Part shown: piece by piece, positions 24,837 through 35,300 of the stretch
Position numbering within the stretch: position 1 is the stretch's first letter
How the letters are laid out: every line of letters begins with the position of its first letter
Source of the DNA: Diplonema japonicum
Lineage: Eukaryota > Protista > Euglenozoa: Diplonemea
NCBI GenBank assembly: GCA_964019335.1
Contig: OZ025677.1
Coordinates: forward strand, 310,001-374,000
Direction: 5' to 3'
Length of the DNA: 64,000 nt
Program-made: the position numbers and the translations under genes
Notes under the pieces: generated by a model
The model's database searches: none
Seen by the model: the letters and a program-made list of their open reading frames with translations, nothing else
What the model was told of the DNA's origin: nothing

Positions 24837-25036
24837 NNNNNNNNNNNNNNNNNNNNNNNNNNNNNNNNNNNNNNNNNNNNNNNNNNNNNNNNNNNNNNNN
24901 NNNNNNNNNNNNNNNNNNNNNNNNNNNNNNNNNNNNNNNNNNNNNNNNNNNNNNNNNNNNNNNNNNNNNNNNNNNNNNNNNNNNNNNNNNNNNNNNNNNN
25001 NNNNNNNNNNNNNNNNNNNNNNNNNNNNNNNNNNNN
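24837..25036. other. Assembly gap (200 N)
   Basis: N run. Confidence 1.
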
Positions 25037-25114
25037 GGGTTTGCGGGTTTGCGGGTTTGCGGGTTTGCGGGTTTGCGGGTTTGCGGGTTTGCGGGTTTGC
25101 GGGTTTGCGGGTTT
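25037..25114 (-). repeat. (CCCGCAAA)n array on the minus strand (reads GGGTTTGC on +)
   Basis: About 10 units, inverted relative to the array left of the gap. Confidence 0.97.
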
Positions 25115-25378
25115 CGGTCTGGTCGGGTGGTCGGCTTGGTCGGCGTCTCTCGTAGGCGTTCCTCCTGCGGGCGGCGGTCTCCGACGACGTTTCGTCTTCT
25201 AGGGTCCATTTTTTTTTTTTTTTGTGTTGAGGGGGGAGGGGATCCTTTGCTAAACGGCAGGCGGGCCGGGCCGAAACAACCCCCCCAGACGACGACGAAC
25301 GGACCGAGCGGACGCAGCAGGCACCAACAAAAACACAGACAATAAAGTACAGAAACTGTAGCTTTAGAATCGTTGGTT
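25037..25378 (-). mobile_element. Second SL-capped unit (SL 25378-25340, ATG 25209 MDPRRR...) running into the octamer array
   Basis: Identical 39-nt SL on the minus strand, followed by TCTGTG (no GT). The 5'UTR is homologous to 23196-23366. Confidence 0.75.
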
Positions 25379-25392
25379 ATCGAAGTTTTTTT

Positions 25393-25535
25393 AGGGGGAC
25401 TTGAGAATAAAAATAAAAAGGGGGACCCGAGAATAAAAATAAAAAGGGGGACTCGAGAATAAAAATAAAAAGGGGGACTCGAGAATAAAAATAAAAAGGG
25501 GGACTCGAGAATAAAATAAAAAAGGGGACTTGAGG
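25393..25535 (-). repeat. 26-27-nt minisatellite TTCTC(A/G)AGTCCCCCTTTTTATTTTTA, about 6 units (3' end of the preceding unit)
   Basis: The same repeat occurs 3 times at 24496-24566 just before the A60 tail. Here it is followed (minus sense) by A7 and then the SL. Confidence 0.85.
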
Positions 25536-26350
25536 ATGTTGCCACCTCCAGCGGAACACCCAGCGACCCGGCCTTCGCAAGAAGCATCTCCTCAGTCCTC
25601 TCCCTTCCAGGGTCCGTTCCTTCTTCAAGGATGATCCCTACCCGGCCCTCGAACTGGATGATGAACTTGAGCAGTCGGCCCCCCGGCTCCACCCGGGTTT
25701 GCGGGTTTGCGGGGTTTGCGGGTATGTGGGCGGGTAAAAAAAAAAGGTAATCCTCCTCCTCTTTCCTCACACGTCTGTTTTCTCCTGACGCCTTTCGTTT
25801 CGCTCCGGCTGTCGTTCTTCTTCTTGGGCGCCGGCCTTGGGTTTGCGGCTGCATCCTCAATACCTGTGGTGATAATTGTGGAGTTAGACTTCTTGTCGAA
25901 AAGAATGAAAGAAATGATGAGGAGGTGGTGTAGCCTGTGGCAAGTAGACCGACATATTTTGATAATAAAGTCTCAAAAAAAACAAAATGAAAATAGTACT
26001 AATCAAATACTCCTTTTTAAAAGGTGCAACGTTGTAAATTCACACGAGCACTATAAGAAGCACGTGTGACCATCCGGTAATACACATACATGAGTCACGT
26101 TGTGCAGTCCCGGACGTGGAGTGATTCCTGTTGAAATAAACTTAAGATAAAAATGGTGAAAGAAAGGACGTTAATATACAAAACAGTGGGATAAGTTCCT
26201 TTTGAAGGTTATATCTATGGAGCGACTATGAAGAGAACTAGATGATTACACTTTCTTCTGCTTTCTTTTCCTTTCTTTCACTAATTCATCTTAAGCCCCG
26301 ACAAATCAATGACTATTAAATGGGGAAACAAAAATCTTATCCTAACAGGA

Positions 26351-29300
26351 TCACGTTGCAATCACGTCTTCACCCTCCTCTGGGGGGGAGTTTTCGTCAA
26401 AACCACCCATCTCAACGAAGTCATTTTCATCGTACTTCTGTGATGAATTAAAAAGAAAACAAGACATACCAGCAGCTCGATCTGGCTCGTCAAATCCATA
26501 ACGTTCCTGTTTCTCGATTTCCACCACATGAACCCGAACACCAGACATAAAGTGCCAAGAACCCCTGCTATCACTGCCAGAATAACAATAACAGTGCTAC
26601 TGCCACCATTACTACTAGGAACCGGTGTAGGTACTGCTGTAGTAACCGAACCGGGCGAAGTTGTTTGTCTCGTTCCTGGTTCAAGAGAATCAGGAGCAGT
26701 AGTGGGAACGGCTGTGGTTCCAGGGACAAGAGTGTTCGGCACTTCTGTTGGTTCTGCTGTTGTTCCAGGTACCAGAGTAGATACTGTGGTGCTTGGTGGT
26801 GAATCGGTTTCTGGGACATCATCTGGACCTTGTGTCGTGGGAATGGAAGTCGATCGCGCAGGTACAGAGGACACCGGAGCCCCAGTTGATGCAATAGGAA
26901 TACCTGTTGCAGGAACATCACTGATAGGTTGGGGTGTTGATGGTGCTGAGGTGGGATTCAATGTTATTGGTGGGTTTGTAGGTACAGCCGTACTTGGGAT
27001 ACTTGTAGCAGGTACATCTGTTGATGGTGCTGAAGTCGGAATCGATGTTGTTGGGTTTGTAGGTACAGCCGTACTTGGGATACCTGTTGCAGGTACATCA
27101 CTGATAGGTTTGGGTGTTGGCGGTGCTGAAGTCGGAATCGATGTTGTTGGTGGGTCTGTAGGTACAGCTGTACTCGGGATACCTGTTGCAGGTACATCAC
27201 TGACAGGTTTGGGTGTTGGTGCTGAAGTTGGAATCGATGTTGTTGGTGGGTCTGTAGGTACAGCTGTACTTGGGATACCTGTGGCAGGTGCATCACTGAT
27301 AGGTTTGGGTGTCAACGGGGCTAAAGTGGGACTCAATGTTGTTGGTGGGTTTGTAGGTACAGCCGTACTTGGGATACCTGTTGCAGGAACATCACTGATA
27401 GGTTTGGGTGTTGATGGTGCTGAAGTGGGACTCAATGTCGCTGGTGGGTTTGTAGGTACAGCCGTACTCGGAGTACCTGTAGCAGGAACATCACTGATAG
27501 GTATCGGTGTCAACGGTGCTGAAGTCGGACTCAATGTTGTTGGTGGGTTTGTAGGTATAGCTGTACTCGGGATACCTGTGGCAGGTACATCACTGATAGG
27601 TTTGGGTGTCGATGGCGCTAAGGTGGGAATCGATGTTGTTGGTGGGTTTGTAGGTACAGCCGTACTTGGGATACCTGTTGCAGGAACGTCACTGATAGGT
27701 TTGGGTGTTGATGGTGCTGAAGTGGGACTCAATGTCGCTGGTGGGTTTGTAGGTACAGCCGTACTCGGAGTACCTGTAGCAGGAACATCACTGATAGGTA
27801 TCGGTGTCAACGGTGCTGAAGTCGGACTCAATGTTGTTGGTGGGTTTGTAGGTACAGCTGTACTCGGGATACTTGTAGCAGGTACATCACTGATAGGTTT
27901 GGGTGTTGATGGTGCTGAAGTCGGAATCGATGTTGTTGGTGGGTTTGTAGGTACAGCCGTACCCGGGATACCTGTTGCAGGTACATCACTGATAGGCTTG
28001 GGTGTTGATGGAGCTAAAGACTGCGGGACTGTGGGACTCAATGTTGTTGGTGGGTTTGTAAGTACAGTACTCGGGATACTTGTAGGTACAGCCGTACTCG
28101 GGATACCTGTTGCAGGTACATCACTGATAGGCTTGGGTGTTGATGGTGCTGATGTGGGAATAAATGTTGTTGGTGGGTCTGTAGGAACACTCGTAGGGTC
28201 TGGAATGCACTGCGGAAAGTTCGACGCATTCGGCTCGCAGTAGGTGCCTACTGGGCATGTTGTGTTTACACATGGATCGGAAACGGGAACACATTGAGGA
28301 ATATTGGAAGAGTCTGGTTCGCAGTCGTGGTAAGGTGCACATGTCATGTTCGCACAAGGGTCGGAAACTGGAATGCATTGAGGAACATTTGCAGCGTTAA
28401 GCTTGCAGTCGTAGTACGGTTGACATGTTGTGTTAGCACATGGATTGGGATCGGGAACACATGATGGAAAGTTGTTGACTCCAGGTTCGCAATGGTAGTA
28501 AGGCGCACACAACATGTTTCCACACGGATTAGGGTCGGGGATGCATTTTGCGACATAGTTTAAATCAGCCTCGCAGTGGTTGTATGGCAAACATGTTGCG
28601 TTAGCACAAGGGCATTTGTCAGCGCATGACTGAGTGGCACCAACCCATACGCATTGCGAGTCACTGACGCAGACACTAGAGGAGAGTGACTGGCATGGCT
28701 GCCTCACAGTCACTGCTTTCCCCACATTCTTTCCCCAAGTAGAGTTCAGATCGCACAGGCTGCTCAACGAGTCTGTGATCGCATCTATCTGAACATTCAC
28801 AAAATGTTCATCAGCAGGTAGAGACACAACGGGCCGCAGGGCTTGTTGGACCTTCTCGTCAGGAGGTGTTGGCGCATCCGAAGAGCGTACCGCAATACCG
28901 AATATTTGCACTGCCGCTTGGGTCAACTCTGTCAGCGCGGTAGAATAAGAAGATGTGTCTTGAAACTCAGTTCCTGTTACAATGATCAGCACCCGCTTCC
29001 TGCCGTCAACAGGGGAAGTTCTGAACAAGCTCACAGCCTTCTGAAGTCCGGCAAGCAAGTACGTAGTCTGAGGTACAGGCTGCATAACCAGACTCCCACC
29101 CATAAAGTTCGTTTCCTGATAGACAAGGTCAGCTTCTACTTCATCGCTAGCGCCCGTGAGAAGCCCCATACTGGTTCCTGCGCCTGTGGGGGCGAGTACC
29201 TGCCTACTGTCAGACGGGGACCACAACTCACTACCTGCGAACTGCAGGAATGCAAGGCGAACCGCCCGCGTACCTGAAGTAGATGCGGCACCAGAACGCT

Positions 29301-32300
29301 CGTTGCTCAAAGGCAGAGACTGTGCCCAGTCTCGCATCACTTCCACCAGTGCATAGTACCCCTGAGGGTGGCGCCCAAACCTCCTTGCCATAGACACCCC
29401 TCCGTCCAGCAACACTACCAAGTCGAGAGTCGGACACGTCTCATATCGCTTGTAGATGCAACGTACAGATGAAACACTCCAGATGCAATTGGAGTTCTCT
29501 CTGCAAGCACACTGGTCTGTGAAACTATTGCAGTCTTTTTTCATGCACTTCGTTTTCCTCGCTGCGCCCCACATGCATGCCTGCTCGGCTTTGCAAGCAT
29601 ATTCATCACCCTCTAACGATCCACAAAACTCAGCGCTGCAGAAGGCAGGTGACTGTGTCACATTCCAGTTACAACCTGCTGCCTGGTTGCAGCACATCTC
29701 ATTTGTATAGGCGGAACATGCATTAAGCTCACAGCGTGCGTCATTTACCCACGCGCAGCGTGCATCGGCCATGCATTCCGCTGGAATAGAATGTTGGCAC
29801 GGCAGCGGTACACACACAGCAGGAGCACAGGCTGTGTTCCACGAACACAGTGGGTCAGTAGAACAAGTCGTCTCTTCAGCATGTAGGCAGCTCTTTTCTT
29901 TACACACGTTACCAATTGAGTGCCATTCACATTCAAATGTAGAGTCTGCTAAGCAGCTGTTCTCGTTTGGATAATCGCACGGCTTTCTCGGCTTTCCCAC
30001 ACACATGCTACTGCGCCAAATGCATGAGTTATCTGCAGTACACAACTGCTGAGTGACGTGAGACGAACACACTGCACTGTTACACGTTTGTTCAACATCG
30101 TTATAAGTGCACGTCTTGTCCGCCTCGCAGACAGCCTGTTCACAGTGCTTGATGCAAGGTGACTTCATGCAAGCGACGAGTGAGTTATTGAAGATGCATT
30201 GAGAGTCCGCGGTGCAAGTAGCCTTATTATCATAATTTCCACATGGCCTGCGGGCCGCTGGGTCAACAATGTGTCTACCCCATGTACTCTGAGGATCACA
30301 CAACTCATCAAGGATGCCTGGGATACCATCCATTTCGGAGTTGTAAAAATGTTCCGAAGTGGGGGTCGTAGTGATAGGCTTCAGAGCAGCCTCGGCGTCA
30401 GTGTCAGCTGCTGTGTGGGAAACGAAACGCCTCACTACAATGCCAAAGACTACTACATTCAACTGCAAAAGCTCCTGCCTTGGAATCAACAAATTCTGTG
30501 CGTCCTGAATTTGTCTATCAACAAATATCAGCAGCACCCGAGTTACTCCGTTCGGTGAGGTCCTAAACAGGTCTGAAGCAACACTCAACACCGCAGCAGC
30601 GAAGGTTCCCTGAGCCATGAAGTTTCCTTCTTGCCAATCGATGTCCTCCCTCACTTGCGTTCTGTCGCCAGACAGCCTGCCAGCCGTGCCGATCCCCGGT
30701 GGGGTCCATTGAACGCTACCAGCTGTAGCTGTTGACGAACTCCCACTGAACTGCAGAAGACCGACTCTCGTCCCTTTATTACGAATAGGAAGTGGCATTT
30801 CTGCTTTCTCTCCACTTAACGCAAGCTTCGAGACCCACACCTTTAACAACTCCATCAACCCGAAGAAACCTTGTGGGTGGCGCCCGAAGCTCTGCGCCAT
30901 CGATGCAGACCCGCTAACAGCTAATACGATGTCAAGAGCAGGACACCCTCCAAACACTGCAGTTTTGCATATCCCAGCTTCCCAAAAGCAGTCATTATCT
31001 CTATGGCAGCGACACGCATCCAATGTGCTGCAGGTTTTCTCCACACAGCTGGTTTGCTGCCACATGCACCGACTGTCACCGTCGCACGCATTCGAGTCTG
31101 CTGCATACCTCTCACAGTACTTTAGCTGGCATTCGGTAGTCCATTCGCAAGTCGAGTTTTTGTAACATTCTATTTCGCTAGGGTATTGCCTACAAGGAGC
31201 AATAGTGCACATATTGTGTTTCCACACGCAGGCTCCCGGTTCAGTTGTCTCACACGCAGTTTTGTCACTATATAAACACTGTTTGGGTGTGCATTGCGCA
31301 TCCACGGTAGTCCACACACACTTCGTATCCAATAAACACTTATCTGCGCTGTTATAATTACATAGCTTCTTTGTGCAGGTCTGATCTAAGTTGTCCCATA
31401 CACACACGTTAGGGTCAGTTATACAACCTTGCTCATTAATATGATCGCACATAACCTTTGCACAGGCTCCGGCTTCCCAAGCACAGACGGGGTCAGCATC
31501 ACAGGTAAGAGCACTTGCATAGCTGCATGTCTGTTTACTCTCGCAGGACCCCCCATTCCAAACACAATTGTTTGCAACATCAGAACTGCAAGAGGGCGGG
31601 TCACAGTGCTTAAGGCATAAACTGTCCACGCACGACAAGGTGCTGTCATACCACACACAGTGAGTATTTTTGCTGCAGGAAGTCACATTTGTGATGAGGC
31701 TGCATGGCATGCTTGAAGACTGCGGGTTAGCGCCTACAAATTGACCCCATTGGCTGTTCGGGTCGCAGAGGCCGTTTAATGAGGCTGCAAGCTGGTCTAT
31801 CTCTACACTAACAAAGTGACCATTTTTTGGCACAACTTCCTGCAGATCGATGTCGGTTTGGTGGTCATCCGCGGAAACCGCAGCAAAAGGACGCACAGCC
31901 GCTCCAAATACTTGAACTTGAGAAGCAGCAAGTTCCGCCAGTGCTGTCTGGTACTTGTCCTTGTCGTCAATGGGACTGTCAATCACAATGATCAGCACAC
32001 GCTTTCTCCCATCTACCGGACTGGTCCTAAAAAGGTTCACACTCTGTTGCAAGCCTGCAAGAAGATATGTGGTAGTGGGAGCAGGCTGATAGGCACTACT
32101 CGCACCCATGAAGTTGTCCTCCTGGTATTCGAGGTCCTTCTGTATCTCTGAGATGCTACCTGTGAAACGCCCTTCACTGGTCCCTGCGCCGCTGGGGCTA
32201 AGTATTTGCTTTTGATCTCCAGCTGGCCAGAGACTGCTTCCTGCGAATTGTACAAAAGCTAAGCGTATACTGTTCTCGTTGACTTGCGTATCGCCTGCTG

Positions 32301-35300
32301 GGTTCCCAGAAAGGGGAAGATCTTTCGCCCAGTCTCTCATAATTTCCACCAGGGCATAGTACCCCTGAGGATGGCGCCCAAACCTCCGTGCCATGGACAC
32401 CCCCCCGTCCAACAACACCACAACGTCGAGAGTAGGGCATGTCCCGTAGCGCGCGAAAGTACAACGGGCACGGCCATTGATGTTTGTGCTAAAAAAGCAA
32501 TCTGGATCCGATTCACAGGAACATTGTGTCACCCTGGCGCTACACTGCTTCTCCGAACATGTGGAAGTGCTCGCGTCCCACATGCAGCTCCCCTCAGCAT
32601 TGCAAATATTTTGCGAGTACACACGGCAAGGTATCTGCGAACACACAGCTGGCAATTGGTTCACGTTCCAGTGGCAGCCATCATTGCGATTACAACACTT
32701 CTCGGTTGGGAAGGACGCACATGGGCGAACAACACAGGCTCCACTGCTCCATGCGCACATCACGTCTTCGTCACACGATGTCTCATCACTGTGCAAGCAT
32801 GGCTTAGCAATACACACCTGGTCATCAGCAGCAGCACACGATGCTTCCCATACACACGCACTGTCAATCGCGCACTCATCTCTGGCGCCATGGTTACACG
32901 GCTTCGCTTTGCACACCTTTGCATCCACCCATACACAATCGTACGCAGCGTCGGAGATGCAGCTCACCTCATCAGAGTGGGCACACGGAGCTTCAATGCA
33001 TCTTGCGGCAGTAGCATTCCAGATGCAGGTGTGATCACTGCTGCACGCCGTTTCAGATACATAATCGCATACCGGTCTGTTTAAGCACAATTGCGTTGCA
33101 GGGTTCCATTCACAGGTGGTGAAGCTTACGCAAACAGGTTCATCGCATTTCTGAACACAAACAGATACTAAACACGAAGTAAGGTTGTCGGACCAGCTGC
33201 AGCCACTGTCCGTGTCACACTGAATCTTGTTAATGTAATTCATACAGGGCTGGAGCGTGCCACTTATCGGAGAAGTGACAATATATCTTCCCCATGGCGA
33301 ATTGGGGTTGCACAACTCATTTAGTGTATCAAGGACTTCATTAAACCTCAAGTTCTTGAAATGACCTTCCTGGGGGGCAGACACAATAGGCTTCAGGGCT
33401 GCTTCGGCGTTATAATCGGCTTGCGTATGCTGTGTAAATCTCCTTACTGCAATGCCAAATGTTTGCACACCGAAACCATTCAGCTGCTGCATGGACTGCG
33501 AGATATCTGTTTCCGCGTCTTGGAAGGCTGTGCAAGTAAAAATAATGAGAATACGCCGCCTACCATCGGCAGGTGAGCTCCTGAAGATTGTAGTTGCCCT
33601 CTTTAAACTTTTGTCTATGTAAGCCCCAGACTTAAGATAATTATTCTCATGCCAGTCCACATCAGACTCCAACTCCGTGTGATCACCAGAAAGACGTCCA
33701 GCGGTTCCTACCCCTACCGGACTTGTACCAACTGACTCCACGACGGGGCCACTCCATGTGTTGGGAGGAGAAAAGAACTGCGGGTGTCCCGAAAACTGCA
33801 CCAGAGCAACTCGCACCTCGCCTGTGTTTGCTGAAGTAGCAGCCGCAGCACTCTCTCCGTTTAGTGGCATACTCCCCATCCAGTCCCTGAGCATTTCCAT
33901 CATGGCGAAGAATCCATGAGGATGTGCCCCAAACGACTGTCCCATATCTTGTGAACCGCTAATCAAGAGAACGATATCCATCGTTGGGCACTGTCCAAAT
34001 GTGTTCGCTACACACATCTGCTTTGACGGGTTCGTCGTTCTCCAGAAGCATCCCGGGGCTTCTAAGCAAAGGCACTTTGCTAGATCATTACAGTTCAACT
34101 CCTCACACGTACTCTTCGTGGAATTCCACTTGCAACCGCTATCAGCGTCGCAAATGGAGCTGATCTTAAATTTTGCACATGACTCCTCTGCGCACATCCC
34201 CGGAGAGCTTGATGAGTCCCAGTGGCAGCCTACCTTTTTATTGCACAGAAGCTCTTCTTCTACTTCCGAGCAAGGCTTCTGTATGCAAGCTGCAGAGCTA
34301 GCATTCCAGTTGCAGTACAGGTCGGCATCACATGCCGCTTTGCTAGTTGTAGTGCATTTCTTTTCTACACAGCCACCCATACTCACGGCTACGTTCCCAA
34401 CGGCGGTTGTGCACGCTGAACCTGGGCTGCCCCACTCACAGGCGTACCCAAACACCGCCTTGTCACTCATTCGAGCTACGCTGCCCCACTCTCCATTGGG
34501 AAAAAAGTAGCCGCTGCCGTTCGTCACAGAAGGCTCTCCTGACATCCAGCTGTTGTAACTGACTATAGACCCGCCCTCTGGGCCAGTGCTCCACATCCAT
34601 ACTCCGTTCGTAGCGGTGGCCCCCATCCACCCTTCTGCCGCGATCTTGTCTCTTGCGGCTTCTGTTTCAGATTGACTGGTGACGGTCATCAAATAACCAG
34701 CTGATCCAAATAATGTTTGTGCACTGCATGCCTGCTTCGCATCCTCCCACGTGCACCCAGCAACTTGCGCTCCACCTATCCCTTGGCACTCGGTACTCGA
34801 TGCATAGTAGCGGTAGTAGTGACCCGTTCTTGCGTCATAAGCCCCCTGACCATAGTTCCAAGTGAGCCTCTTTGTGTACCCTGTGTCAGAAGTCGTCATG
34901 AAGGACACCTTATTCAAGGACTCGACAAAAAGGTTTAGATTTTTGTTTTGCCCATCGACTGATGTCAGGATAAGAATCCCAGTCGCAGAAACCCACTCTG
35001 CTATCGTCCCATCCGGACACTCCGCACACTCCAACCTGTCTTTACCCTTTGCATAATTATCAATGCTGACAACAATACCCTCAACTAACGCTAGGCAACC
35101 CGATGGGCATGTAGGGAGAGGATCACAATGCGCTGTTGCAAAGGGGTACATTTTCATGCCTTTGCTGTAGGTGGGGCCGCCGTTCCCGTTCCAGTTGCAT
35201 GCTGGATCGTTTTCACAAGTGGTCTCGGTATGGTAAGTGCAAGTTCTGCTCTTACAACTTTGATCGATGCTACTCCACACACATGCATTACTGTCACCAA

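Noticed and set aside
24644-25114. Telomere-telomere fusion
   Set aside because: The strand polarity is opposite to a fusion, and the motif also occurs internally in the repeat units.
25393-25535. CRISPR-like array
   Set aside because: Tandem units with no unique spacers and no cas genes, in a eukaryotic context.
26362-26469. Unspliced C-terminus of the 7,432-aa ORF
   Set aside because: A canonical 32-nt phase-0 intron gives a more plausible acidic tail ending at 26351.
26528-28243. 571-aa + strand ORF (likewise 60270-60959, 61134-62045 and 50952-51905)
   Set aside because: Antisense shadows of mucin repeats or of the esterase.
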